Positions 53,017 to 62,391 of a stretch of 64,000 nucleotides of DNA are shown here, in pieces (position 1 is the first letter of the stretch; each line of letters starts with the position of its first letter). Source of the DNA: Nitrososphaerales archaeon (GTDB lineage Archaea > Thermoproteota > Nitrososphaeria > Nitrososphaerales > Gagatemarchaeaceae); NCBI GenBank assembly GCA_035622335.1, contig DASPVO010000004.1:1657-65656 (forward strand), written 5' to 3'. The notes beneath the pieces are model-generated. The model was not told where the DNA came from and did no database searches. It saw only the letters and a list, made by a program, of their open reading frames with translations. The translations under genes were made by a program, and so were the position numbers.

Positions 53017-53667
53017 CTACGCTGAAAGGTCCTCGCTTTCGCGCTCTGTCTGGACGCCCGCGGGGATGGCGGGGAAGTCCTCTCTCATCCTTTCTTCAGC
53101 CACTTCGGAAGCTTCCTCGAGCACGCGGACCGCCTCCTCGTTGGCTGCTTCAAAATTCATCGAAATCCCTCCCGTGGTGCCTGCGTCAACGAGTATGCTG
53201 CTGAGGAGTCCGGATATCTCTCCGATCTCTCTGTCAGCTTCAGGAAGCGCGAACGATAGGCTGTCCTTCATCGACCTTATCACCGTGACTGCTGGCGCGA
53301 GAGTGCTCGCGATTTCTCCCAAGTCTGTAATCGTTCCGAGCCTGAGGGAGATCTGTTCCATTGCCAATTGTGCTTGCGTGACCATCTTGCCCATCTTTCG
53401 GATCTCCGAGAGTTCGTTGGCGTAGACCATCGCGTGCTCGTTGTCATGCTTAGCCAGTGACGACACGACGTGCCTGAATATGGTCTCGTCCCTCTGCTTG
53501 ATTCTCTGGACAGAGTTGTCGAGTTGAGAAATCAGAAGCTTGATCTGTCTGTTAGCGGCTTCAATCTGTACCTTCAGCGGAGTGGTCTGGCCCGTGCCCA
53601 CGCGGAGCCTGTTGATTATTCCGCCGCCGCCCTGGTCCTTCTTTTCCCACTTTTCGGAGAAAGGCAT
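53017..53667 (-). CDS. cdvB: ESCRT-III / Snf7-family protein (CdvB paralogue without winged-helix tail)
   Basis: AMVYANELSEIRKMGKMVTQAQLAMEQISLRLGTITDLGEIASTLAPAVTVIRSM closely parallels Sulfolobus CdvB (ATIYAQEISDIRKMIKII...KLDTVQEL..., from memory). Acidic C-terminus. Confidence 0.8.
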   Translation of the reverse strand: MPFSEKWEKKDQGGGGIINRLRVGTGQTTPLKVQIEAANRQIKLLISQLDNSVQRIKQRDETIFRHVVSSLAKHDNEHAMVYANELSEIRKMGKMVTQAQLAMEQISLRLGTITDLGEIASTLAPAVTVIRSMKDSLSFALPEADREIGEISGLLSSILVDAGTTGGISMNFEAANEEAVRVLEEASEVAEERMREDFPAIPAGVQTERESEDLSA

Positions 53668-53950
53668 CGGTATCCCTTTGGTCTGTCGCGGGCGCTATAT
53701 CCCGCGGGCTAAAATCTGGATGCCAGTTTGAATAAAATAAGTTGACGCCCAAATCTAGTCCCATATTTCCGGTTGATGCACCGCGAAGATCGTAATCTAG
53801 ATTCCATTTGCTCGATGGATTCGGCCATTCTCTTTCACGGATGTCAAAGACAGGTTGGTGAGACAAACTCTCGGCTCTCAGAATCAGCAGGCTTAAAGCA
53901 AGATTGCGATACTGGCGAATTGCTTGGCAAGGGACAGAAGAGACGACGAG

Positions 53951-54109
53951 ATGAAATGTCCAAAGTGCGGGAGATTCGACTTGCACACGACCTCGAGCGG
54001 GGTCGGATGCAAGACGTGCGGATACGAGCTGACTCCTGGCGAGGTAGACAAGTACAGACTATTCAAGCTCCTGAAGGAAGAAGGAAAAGGGGGCCAGCCA
54101 AGGCTTTAA
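53951..54109 (+). CDS. small zinc-ribbon protein
   Basis: MKCPKCGRFDLHTTSSGVGCKTCGYELTPGEVDKYRLFKLLKEEGKG. Confidence 0.5.
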   Translation: MKCPKCGRFDLHTTSSGVGCKTCGYELTPGEVDKYRLFKLLKEEGKGGQPRL

Positions 54110-54135
54110 CGCCGTCTTCACGCGTCGCTGGGGTC

Positions 54136-54348
54136 GTGTCTCTCCGTGTTAGTCCTGTATCTAGAATCGCAGCGATTCTCATAGTGATACTTGGGCTGTT
54201 CACTCTGACCGTAAGCTACCCGGGTGGAGAAGTGATCGGGGAGATAATGGGAGTCGCGTTCGTGGTCCTAGGCTTGGTCCTTTATGGCATGCTGTACAAG
54301 GTCAGATCCTGGGTCGAACGAGAGCTGGACGGCCGAGAGGGCGCCTAG
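54136..54348 (+). CDS. small two-TM membrane protein
   Basis: From GTG 54136: SRIAAILIVILGLFTLTV and IMGVAFVVLGLVLYGML helices. It is the C-terminal part of the listed 191-aa ORF. Confidence 0.35.
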   Translation: MSLRVSPVSRIAAILIVILGLFTLTVSYPGGEVIGEIMGVAFVVLGLVLYGMLYKVRSWVERELDGREGA

Positions 54349-54791
54349 AGCGCAACTCGAGGCACCTTCATCTCCAACTCCGCAACACCTGCCTCGCCAG
54401 CTGGACCCATTCTCGTCACCCATATCTCGCAGTTCCTCCTGACCCGCATCTCCAGCGCTGAGAGTCTGCCCCGGGGGACCAACAGGACCCTTCTCAGGGA
54501 CCTTACGTGGTCCAAAGAAGATTGGAACGACACGTGAAGGAATTCCTTCTGTTCTATCCTCTTGGTCTGCGGGTGTGTCTCGCACTCCACGAGGACAAAC
54601 TCGCTGCCTTCATCCGTCTCTCGCACTCCAAACAAGTCTGGTCTGTACCTAGACCATCCGATCGAGGAGACTGGGGAGTAGCTTGGTTCGAACGTGACTT
54701 CATACCCCTCGCCGGATAGGCTTCTGTATGCCAGTGTCTTCATCGCAAGATGAAGAGAGGACTCTGCCATGGTCAGCCATGCATCATGCAC
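54345..54791 (-). CDS. hypothetical protein with PD-(D/E)xK nuclease-like motif
   Basis: ...SRYRPDLFGVRETDEGSEFVLVECETH resembles the PD...ExK core strand arrangement. Weak. Confidence 0.35.
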   Translation of the reverse strand: MHDAWLTMAESSLHLAMKTLAYRSLSGEGYEVTFEPSYSPVSSIGWSRYRPDLFGVRETDEGSEFVLVECETHPQTKRIEQKEFLHVSFQSSLDHVRSLRRVLLVPRGRLSALEMRVRRNCEIWVTRMGPAGEAGVAELEMKVPRVAL

Positions 54792-54839
54792 GCATTTCTC
54801 AATTGACGTGACGATTTGTTGACAGTAGGTTGAACGCTG

Positions 54840-55376
54840 TTACTGTGGGCCTCGGGGAACGTCGCTCGGCTGGAATCTCTTCTTCAAATTCCTCTCCCAG
54901 AGTCTTGCTGCCACGAAGCCTCCGAGCGTCCCGCTGATGACTCCTACAATCACTATGGGGAGATATATGTCGACGAGGGGCGCCGACGTCCCGAAACCGA
55001 GCACGATGAATCCGTAAGTCGCAACCACGCCAGTGAGAAGGGTGCTCAAGGTCAGCGACACGATTAGTCTCTTCGTCCTCACCTTCCCTTCCGACACAAC
55101 ACCGAGAAGAGTGCAGAAGACGTCTATTGAAACTCCGTACAGAACTGCAGCGAGTAGAGCGAAAGCCCCGTATCCAAGCTGAAACGGTGTCTCGATCAGT
55201 CCGTTGATGAGAGCCGTGTAGGTCGCTCCTCCTTTGCCCAGTAGGATGAAACTCAGTGAAAGAATGATAGCCTCGAAGACGATTAGGGAATCGCCGATTT
55301 CGAACGGGATAGGGCCATAGACTACGCCGATGACGACGCCGAATAGAGTAGCCGTGATCAGCTTTCTTCTGTCCAA
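54840..55376 (-). CDS. polytopic membrane protein (S-component-like)
   Basis: 178 aa, 5-6 TM helices, no soluble domain. Confidence 0.5.
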   Translation of the reverse strand: MDRRKLITATLFGVVIGVVYGPIPFEIGDSLIVFEAIILSLSFILLGKGGATYTALINGLIETPFQLGYGAFALLAAVLYGVSIDVFCTLLGVVSEGKVRTKRLIVSLTLSTLLTGVVATYGFIVLGFGTSAPLVDIYLPIVIVGVISGTLGGFVAARLWERNLKKRFQPSDVPRGPQ

Positions 55377-55474
55377 GGCTGCGGGGCGGCCTTGAATGGA
55401 GGTCTATTTAACGTTAGATAAAGGACGACCTATTGCGGATAGCGAGAAATACCTAGAAGCGGCTCGGTCTATGT

Positions 55475-56311
55475 TTGGTCAAGCTCTACAACGAGATTCT
55501 CGGGAAGGAAGTCGACCTGCCGGAGAGGCCGAGAAGAATCGTCAGCTTCAGTCCGGCTCTAACTGAAGGTGTGTACGCGATTGGTCGGGGCGAAAGCTTG
55601 GTCGGAGTGAGTGCATTCTGCTCGAGACCAATTCAGGTGAGGGAAAAGAGGCGAGTGGGAAGCTACAACACAGTGAGCTACGATTTGCTCGACGAGCTGA
55701 GACCTGACCTTATACTCGCGGTCACCGGATATCAAAGGGACTTCTCATTGAGGTTGTCGGAGAGGTATCCAGTCTACCCTCTAGAGCTTCCCGTCTCTGT
55801 CGCTGGCATAGTCGATGCGGTGGTCAAGCTTGGGCTGATAACGAATGCGGCCGACGACGCGAGAAGGGTGGCTGCAGACCTTCTGGCCAGACTCTCGTTG
55901 ATAAAGAAACGAGCAGAGGGTCCCAAGGTCTACGTCGAGATCGACCTAGGAGGTCCGGTTTCGTTCGGGTCTCACAGCTACATCACAGACGCCCTGCACC
56001 TTCTCGGTACGACAACCGTCTACGACGAAGTCCGTGCGGAGTGGTTGACACCGGATTTTGATGCGGTGACTAGGGCCGACCCTGAGGTCATGATTTTTGA
56101 GGCCAAAATGTTCTCCCACTTCTCTCTCGACGACCTGAGGGCTCATTTGAAAGAAAGGAGGTGGAACGAACTGAGTTGCGTCAAGGGCGGACGCTGCTAC
56201 CTGACACCCGGGCCGCTAGATTTCCTCGCACACCACGGCCCGAGCTTCGTAGTCGAGGTAATGCCCTGGCTTCAGGAGAGGCTGTCTACTTCGATTTCAG
56301 TTCAGAAATGA
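55475..56311 (+). CDS. TroA/BtuF-like periplasmic-binding-protein-fold protein (cobalamin/siderophore binding family)
   Basis: PRRIVSFSPALTEGVYAIG...LVGVSAFC, PDLILAV and VYVEID are typical of Peripla_BP_2. I noticed no signal peptide or lipobox. Confidence 0.7.
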   Translation: MVKLYNEILGKEVDLPERPRRIVSFSPALTEGVYAIGRGESLVGVSAFCSRPIQVREKRRVGSYNTVSYDLLDELRPDLILAVTGYQRDFSLRLSERYPVYPLELPVSVAGIVDAVVKLGLITNAADDARRVAADLLARLSLIKKRAEGPKVYVEIDLGGPVSFGSHSYITDALHLLGTTTVYDEVRAEWLTPDFDAVTRADPEVMIFEAKMFSHFSLDDLRAHLKERRWNELSCVKGGRCYLTPGPLDFLAHHGPSFVVEVMPWLQERLSTSISVQK

Positions 56312-56936
56312 ACCTGATTGTCCTGTCCCACGCGTTCTCCGCGGCGGAAGGATCGTGCCCTTCCCAACCAGGCCTATGGAAGCCGTGCCTTGTATCTGGA
56401 TAGAGCTCGAGCTCGACTCTCTTGCCGTATTTCATGGCGGCCGGAAGAAACTTCTGGAAGGCCCAGGGGTTTATTCTCTCGTCCTTCCCTGCAAGAATAA
56501 GGAGAGTCGGCCCCTTCAGCTTGGAAACGTCTTCCTCGTTCTCAATCATCCCATAGTAGTCTACGCAGAAGTCTGCTCCTAGGTCGCAAGCTGACTGCAG
56601 GGCGAACCCTCCTCCCATGCAGAAGCCCATCGCCCCGACCTTCTTGACTCCGGGCTCTTGCTTGATCAACTCTATCCCCTTGGCGATTGCGTCCAGTAGG
56701 TCGGTCCTGACGAGGGACTGTCTGAACCTGATGCCTTCCTCGACGCTTGAAGCCACCTTGCCACGGAATAGGTCCACGGCCGCTGCTGTAATGCCAGCAC
56801 CCGCAAGCTGATTGGCCACGGACTCTAGGTAGGGAAGCAGCCCGTAGATTTCGTGTACCACCACGACTCCGACTTCGCTCTTGCCTCGCGAAACGTAGAA
56901 GTCCCATCCTCGGTGTGGTGTCCGAAGCAAGGTCAT
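56286..56936 (-). CDS. dienelactone hydrolase family protein
   Basis: GVVVVHEIYGL, nucleophile motif GAMGFCMGGGFAL, C-terminal YPDTRHGF. Confidence 0.85.
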   Translation of the reverse strand: MTLLRTPHRGWDFYVSRGKSEVGVVVVHEIYGLLPYLESVANQLAGAGITAAAVDLFRGKVASSVEEGIRFRQSLVRTDLLDAIAKGIELIKQEPGVKKVGAMGFCMGGGFALQSACDLGADFCVDYYGMIENEEDVSKLKGPTLLILAGKDERINPWAFQKFLPAAMKYGKRVELELYPDTRHGFHRPGWEGHDPSAAENAWDRTIRFISELKSK

Positions 56937-57013
56937 CGCCTCAACTCTGACAGGGGTTAAAGGGCTTTGGCGGGGTCTCTTGACTTTAAATCAATCAACC
57001 TGACCTTTACTTC

Positions 57014-58570
57014 GTGGCAGTTCGCAAGAGCATACCGTTCGACTCCTTGCTTTCAAAGTCATACTGGACCTGGCGTCGATACCCAGCATTGTCGGTCCCT
57101 ACAATGTTCTCGACTGGGTTGACCGCCCTCGTAGAGTCGATTGTCGGCGTCTTCGTCTTGGCTCTGGTGGTAAGGCTCGATGGTTCGACCACGCTGCTTG
57201 CGGCAGCGACGGACCTCAGCTCTGGGAACGCGAGTGCCCTCAGTACCCTGGTACTGTCTTCATCATTCATCGCAGTCGTCCTCGAATACATGGTCCCCGC
57301 GGCCGTCGTGGCACTCGTGGTCTTCATCTTGGCAAGCGGGTTCGTCTACTCTGCTGAGTACGGGTCATACTGCCAGGCGGTCGATGGATCCAGTGTGGGT
57401 ATCTCGGAGGTGATGACCAAGTTTACCGAGAGATGGAGACCGATGGCATGGACGCTCTTCCTGTCTTATCTGTTGACGCTTCTTCCCGCAGGAATAGGAA
57501 TCGGCGTGGCGTTGTGGATCGTCGCGCTGCGTGGAGCTGGCTTTCTGGTGGTTCCTGCTCTGTTGGCCGCGGCTGTAGGGGTAGTAGCAAGCCTGACTCT
57601 GTCGCTGTTGTTCATCTACACCCCGGTAGCGGTGTCGGCGGAGAAGAGCTCCGGTCTCCGAGCCATCCTCACGAGCGCGAGGTGTGCGCGAAAGGACCTC
57701 GGGGCGGCCCTCGCCTACTCTGTGGTGTACATCGTCTTGGTCGGGGCGGTCACAGGGCTCGCTTCCATAATTCCTGTGGCGAACCTTCCCCTGTCCTCTC
57801 TCGCATCGGTGGGAATCCTGATTCTTGTCACTCCTGTGCTTCACCTGACGAAGACTGAGATCTTTGTCGAGATCAACAGGGACGAGCCAGTCGAGCGAGA
57901 ACTGTTCGACCCGTTATTTTCTGACCTGTTGCCCTTCGCCAGAGTGGTGTGGAGGAAGTTCAGGGAGGGCCTGACTGAGCTCAAGAGCTTCACTCTCGAC
58001 GTTCGAAACGTTCCCTATCACGTACTGGCTTCCTTCGCGCTTCTCGTCGGAATCTTACTCGGCGAGAGGATTGGAACTCAGGGTCTGACACAGGTCTTTT
58101 ACGCTCTGGGTTACGTCCCGGGGAAGATCAACCCTCTAGTGACAGGAAGTGCGCCAGGGACGGTGGGGGTCTACATCTTCTTCCACAACTGGGAGGCTGC
58201 GCTGTCGACCGCCCTCTCGGGCGTCTGGTTCTCTGCCGCCTCGTTTGTGACCCTGGTCTTGAACGGGGCGCTCATTGGGGTCGTGGTCGACCTCGTACCG
58301 AATACAACTATGCTCTTGGCCGCTCTACTCCCCCACGGGGTCATCGAGCTACCATCATTTGTGGTTGCCAGCTCGGCCGGGATAAAGCTGGGAGTGACCT
58401 TCCTGAAGTGGGTCAGGTCTGGAGACGCGGGAGACGAGACCGCCTTTCACGTGGCGGCGAGGCAGACGGTGTACGTGGTGATAGGGCTGGCTCTCTTCTT
58501 CTTCGTGGCTGGGTTCATCGAGGGCAACATAACTCCGGTGATAATGAAGATGGCTGGATGGTCTAGCTGA
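57014..58570 (+). CDS. large polytopic membrane protein with C-terminal SpoIIM/DUF95-like domain
   Basis: FFHNWEAALSTALSGVWF...LLPHGVIELPSFVVASSAGIKLG matches the SpoIIM-family pattern. The N-terminal half has additional TM helices. Confidence 0.6.
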   Translation: MAVRKSIPFDSLLSKSYWTWRRYPALSVPTMFSTGLTALVESIVGVFVLALVVRLDGSTTLLAAATDLSSGNASALSTLVLSSSFIAVVLEYMVPAAVVALVVFILASGFVYSAEYGSYCQAVDGSSVGISEVMTKFTERWRPMAWTLFLSYLLTLLPAGIGIGVALWIVALRGAGFLVVPALLAAAVGVVASLTLSLLFIYTPVAVSAEKSSGLRAILTSARCARKDLGAALAYSVVYIVLVGAVTGLASIIPVANLPLSSLASVGILILVTPVLHLTKTEIFVEINRDEPVERELFDPLFSDLLPFARVVWRKFREGLTELKSFTLDVRNVPYHVLASFALLVGILLGERIGTQGLTQVFYALGYVPGKINPLVTGSAPGTVGVYIFFHNWEAALSTALSGVWFSAASFVTLVLNGALIGVVVDLVPNTTMLLAALLPHGVIELPSFVVASSAGIKLGVTFLKWVRSGDAGDETAFHVAARQTVYVVIGLALFFFVAGFIEGNITPVIMKMAGWSS

Positions 58571-59378
58571 CCACAGGCGTGAGCAGCTGAATTATTGCGG
58601 GTTCGAACATGGCGTGGTTGACGAAGTGGTTGTTCGGGTCCTTAATCAGGCAATACTCCCAGTATAGAGCGAAGAGACCCAAGGTTATGATGCTGAGTAT
58701 GAGGTAGAGCACGAACGAACGGTGCGGAATAGGGTCAGTCCTATGATAGACGAATTGCATTCCCATCGCGGAGAAGGCCCTGTCCAAGTCGGATAGGATG
58801 TTATCCTCCATCCTTTCGTGCTTGTAGTAATCTGTGGTTAGGAAGTAGAGGATGTACAGACCAGCGATTATGTTCAGCAAGGGAATGATTAGGAGCACCA
58901 CCCAGACGACAGCGCTCTTCTCCGTCTCTTCCAACTGGGCTCTTCTCGCGGTGGAATCTATCGACCCCACGAAGGCGTCGATGTTGGTATTCTTCTTGGA
59001 CGCGGCGAGTCTCATGGCGGGGACGAGGTCTGACATTAGTCGCTGTTGACGCTGAAAGTGCAGGTTTCTTCTGCGAATGAGGAGGTAATAGAAGTAGAGG
59101 AACAGCAGGGCCGGAATCAGCAAGAGAACTGTGGAAATCCCGAGCGATGCTGCTGGAAATGAAGAATTCGAGATGAGCGAGGACGAATTACTCAACGAAT
59201 AGCCAGAAGAGATGCTGGAGAAGGAGGACGCGACGGCCCCGAGGGCCAGCGCGAGAGATGCGATGACGACCAGCAACGAGAGAAGAGGTAGGAGAATCCA
59301 GAGGACGGAGAGCTGTCTGTCGGTGATTGTGCGTTCATCCGAATCTCTCTTCAGGTTCTGAAGAACGACCGAGGACAC
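58563..59378 (-). CDS. membrane protein with DUF4234-like C-terminal motif
   Basis: FVLYLILSIITLGLFALYWEYCLIKDPNNH. Several TM helices. Confidence 0.5.
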   Translation of the reverse strand: MSSVVLQNLKRDSDERTITDRQLSVLWILLPLLSLLVVIASLALALGAVASSFSSISSGYSLSNSSSLISNSSFPAASLGISTVLLLIPALLFLYFYYLLIRRRNLHFQRQQRLMSDLVPAMRLAASKKNTNIDAFVGSIDSTARRAQLEETEKSAVVWVVLLIIPLLNIIAGLYILYFLTTDYYKHERMEDNILSDLDRAFSAMGMQFVYHRTDPIPHRSFVLYLILSIITLGLFALYWEYCLIKDPNNHFVNHAMFEPAIIQLLTPVVS

Positions 59379-59480
59379 GCTCTTTTCTTTCGATGACGTG
59401 ATTTAAACGTGACCCGCGCTCTGACGTAAACGTCCCGCCAACACAGAACTCTTCATTACGTTCCTAGCGGTAACAGGACC

Positions 59481-60611
59481 GTGGAACACTACGACGTTCT
59501 GGTGATCGGATGTGGCGCGATGGGCTCGTCGACCAGCTACAACCTGGCTAAGAAAGGTATGAAATCGTTGACGCTCGAACAGTTCGACCTGAATCATCCC
59601 TTCGGGTCTTCCCACGGTAGGACGCGAATCTTCAGAACCGCATACTACGAAGACGCCAGGTACGTACCTCTGCTGAAGCGGGCGAGGGCCCTCTGGGAGG
59701 AGCTCCAGGCGGACTCAGGGAGAAGGATACTCGAGCTGACGGGAGGTCTGATGATAGGAGATCAAGATTCAACTCTGGTACTTGGGGCATCGCAGAGCGC
59801 TAAGCTCCACGGGCTTGATCACGAAGTCTTGTCCGCTTCAGAAGCGATGTCGAGGTTTCCCGCATTCAAGCTGGGAGAAGAGTTGACGGCACTGTACGAG
59901 CCCGCAGCGGGGGTGCTCTTCCCGGAAGAGTGCATCACGGCGTTCGTCTCACTCGCTCAGGGCAGAGGCGCCGAGTTCTCGTTCAACGAAACAGTCGTAG
60001 GCTGGCACAAGGAAGCGGGCGGTCTTCGTGTTCAGACCTCCAAGGGATCATACCTGGCGGATAAGGTGGTCGTCGCGGCAGGCGCTTGGGCGGCGAAACT
60101 CCTCCCCGGAACGCTCGACCTCTCCTGCGAACGCCAAGTCCCCTTCTGGTTCAGGCCGAAGACGGGAGGGTCACATTCCTCACACTCGATGCCCATCTTC
60201 ATCCTCCAAGAGGGGCGGCACATGTACTACGGGATTCCTGACTTCGGGGACGGGGTCAAGGCCGCGGTGCATCACGAAGGTAGGATTGGGGACGTGGAGG
60301 CGATGGAAAGAATGGTGACGCCGGAAGACGAGACGCCGGTGGTGGACTTTGTCAGAAGGCACCTACCCGGAGTTGAAGAGCGGCCGATAAGTTCGACGAC
60401 CTGTGTGTACACCAACACGAGGGATGAGAACTTCGTAATCGACGATGTCTCCTCCAACGAGGACGTTCTGTTGGTAAGCGCCTGTTCTGGGCACGGCTTC
60501 AAATTTTCGAGCGCCATAGGCGAAGCAGTGGCCGAGCTGGTCTCATCTGGGCGAACTACTCAGGACATCGGGTTCCTCAAGCTCGGAAGGTTCGCCCCGT
60601 CGCGCTCGTGA
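59481..60611 (+). CDS. FAD-dependent monomeric sarcosine oxidase / N-methyltryptophan oxidase family enzyme
   Basis: YDVLVIGCGAMGSSTSYNLAK (FAD dinucleotide fold). SACSGHGFKFSSAIGE (covalent-FAD Cys region of the MSOX family). GTG start. Confidence 0.85.
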   Translation: MEHYDVLVIGCGAMGSSTSYNLAKKGMKSLTLEQFDLNHPFGSSHGRTRIFRTAYYEDARYVPLLKRARALWEELQADSGRRILELTGGLMIGDQDSTLVLGASQSAKLHGLDHEVLSASEAMSRFPAFKLGEELTALYEPAAGVLFPEECITAFVSLAQGRGAEFSFNETVVGWHKEAGGLRVQTSKGSYLADKVVVAAGAWAAKLLPGTLDLSCERQVPFWFRPKTGGSHSSHSMPIFILQEGRHMYYGIPDFGDGVKAAVHHEGRIGDVEAMERMVTPEDETPVVDFVRRHLPGVEERPISSTTCVYTNTRDENFVIDDVSSNEDVLLVSACSGHGFKFSSAIGEAVAELVSSGRTTQDIGFLKLGRFAPSRS

Positions 60612-60645
60612 GCGTCTTTGACCGTCGGGGTTTTTACTCCCAACC

Positions 60646-61290
60646 ATGGAGGGAGGACTGTTGTTTCCGACTCTGGACGACCGGAAGGTGTTGGAGGAGG
60701 GAGTTACTCACCTCAAAGCTGCCGACCCTAAGGTCAGGGCGCTGATCGAGGAGCAGGGGGTTCTGGAACTCAAGCTAAGGAGGAGAGTCTTCCCCGCTCT
60801 CGTAGAGTCGATACTGTCGCAGCAGTTGAACGGTCACGCTGCAGACGTGATCATCTCGAGGGTTCACGCTCTCTTTCTGCCCGGCAGGATCACGCCCGAG
60901 AAGCTCAACGGAATCCACGCCAGAAAGTTGAGGAAGGCCGGGGTCTCGCCTCAGAAGCTTTCCTACCTCAGGGACCTCTCCGCGAGAATAGTGTCTGGGA
61001 GACTCGACTTGAAGGACATTCACCTCAGGAGCGACGAGGATGTCCTAAAGAGCCTCGACGAGATAAAGGGGGTGGGAGCTTGGACGGCTCAGATGATTCT
61101 GATTTTCTCTCTCGGCAGGGCGGACGTCTTGCCGGTGGATGATTTTGGAATCAAAAAGGCTGTGATGAATGTCTACGGGCTGCCAGAACTGCCCGACAAG
61201 AAAACAATCGAGAGGGTCGCAGAACCTTGGCACCCGTACAGCTCACTGGCTTGTTTGTACCTTTGGAGACACAAAGACTCGATCGACTGA
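60646..61290 (+). CDS. alkA: DNA-3-methyladenine glycosylase II (AlkA-like, HhH-GPD)
   Basis: LVESILSQQLNGHAA, GVSPQKLSYLRDL, IKGVGAWTAQMILIFSLGRADVLPVDDFGI. Confidence 0.85.
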   Translation: MEGGLLFPTLDDRKVLEEGVTHLKAADPKVRALIEEQGVLELKLRRRVFPALVESILSQQLNGHAADVIISRVHALFLPGRITPEKLNGIHARKLRKAGVSPQKLSYLRDLSARIVSGRLDLKDIHLRSDEDVLKSLDEIKGVGAWTAQMILIFSLGRADVLPVDDFGIKKAVMNVYGLPELPDKKTIERVAEPWHPYSSLACLYLWRHKDSID

Positions 61291-61292
61291 AT

Positions 61293-62381
61293 TCAACCCG
61301 ACCAGCTGTCGAGCCTCGCTGGGGTGCTCTCCACTTTCTTCAAGTCCGCTACCCGGATGCCTATCAGTCGGACTGGCTTTGGGCTGGTCTGGAACTCGTC
61401 GAGCAAGCTTGCGACGCTATCCTGAAGCGACTCTTCGCTCTCAGTGTAGCTCACCAGTGTCTTCTCCCTAGTGTGGGTCTCGAATCCCCGGAAACGGATC
61501 TTGATCCCCGCCACCCTGTAGACGAGGTTTGAGCTTCGCACCCGTCTGATTAGTTCGGCTGCGGCATCACCAGCTTCGCGACGGACCAGGCCGAAGTCGG
61601 TCTGGTCTTCCCGAAATGTTCTCTCCACGCTTAGAGACTTGGGCAGCTCCTGCTGCCTCACTTCGACCCTTTCCTGGCCATGAATCACCCCCCAGAGCCA
61701 GACCCCGTTCTTCCCGAACCAGGACGACAGCTGTTTACCCTGGATCTGCTGAAGCTGGCCGATGGACTCGATCCCTTTCTCCTTCAGAAACTCATGAGTC
61801 TTCTTCCCTATGCCTGGCACGACCGAGACGGGCAGGGGAGAGAGGAAGCGTTCCACGTCGCCGAAGGGCACGACTGTGATGCCGTCCGGCTTGTTGCGGT
61901 CAGACGCGATTTTGGCCGCAGACTTGTTGGGAGCTATCCCGATAGAGCAGGTCAAGCCGTTCGAAGAGAGCACCTCGGACTTGACCTCCTTTGCCAAGGC
62001 CAGAGCCTCCTCTTCTGTGTGGGCCCTCGAGGAGACGTCCATGAAAGCCTCGTCTATGCTCGACTGCTCGAACTCATCAGAGAATCGCCTGAGCGTGGCC
62101 ATCACATCGGTCGACGCTTGCTCATACAGGTGCCAGTTTGGCCGAATGTAGATGGCGGTCGGGCAGAGCCTGTAGGCTATCGAGATCGGCATCCCAGACT
62201 TCAGGCCGAATTTCCTTGCCTGGTAGGAGCAGGTGACCACCACGCCCCTCCCCTTCCCGCCCTCCGGGTCGGCTCCGACCACGACAGGAAGGCCCCTGAG
62301 CGCTGGATTCTCCCTCATCTCGACCGAGACATAGAATGCGTCTAAGTCCACGTGGAAGATCACCCTCTGCACTTCGGACAT
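61293..62381 (-). CDS. dinB: Y-family DNA polymerase IV (Dpo4/DinB)
   Basis: VIFHVDLDAFYVSVEMRENPALRGLPVVVG, SIDEAFMDV, GIAPNKSAAKIASD. Confidence 0.92.
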   Translation of the reverse strand: MSEVQRVIFHVDLDAFYVSVEMRENPALRGLPVVVGADPEGGKGRGVVVTCSYQARKFGLKSGMPISIAYRLCPTAIYIRPNWHLYEQASTDVMATLRRFSDEFEQSSIDEAFMDVSSRAHTEEEALALAKEVKSEVLSSNGLTCSIGIAPNKSAAKIASDRNKPDGITVVPFGDVERFLSPLPVSVVPGIGKKTHEFLKEKGIESIGQLQQIQGKQLSSWFGKNGVWLWGVIHGQERVEVRQQELPKSLSVERTFREDQTDFGLVRREAGDAAAELIRRVRSSNLVYRVAGIKIRFRGFETHTREKTLVSYTESEESLQDSVASLLDEFQTSPKPVRLIGIRVADLKKVESTPARLDSWSG

Positions 62382-62391
62382 GCTCTAGCTA

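Noticed and set aside
53773-54135. N-terminal part of the listed 191-aa ORF
   Set aside because: It overlaps the zinc-ribbon ORF in another frame and has an Arg-rich composition. Only the C-terminal two-TM part (from GTG 54136) looks protein-like.
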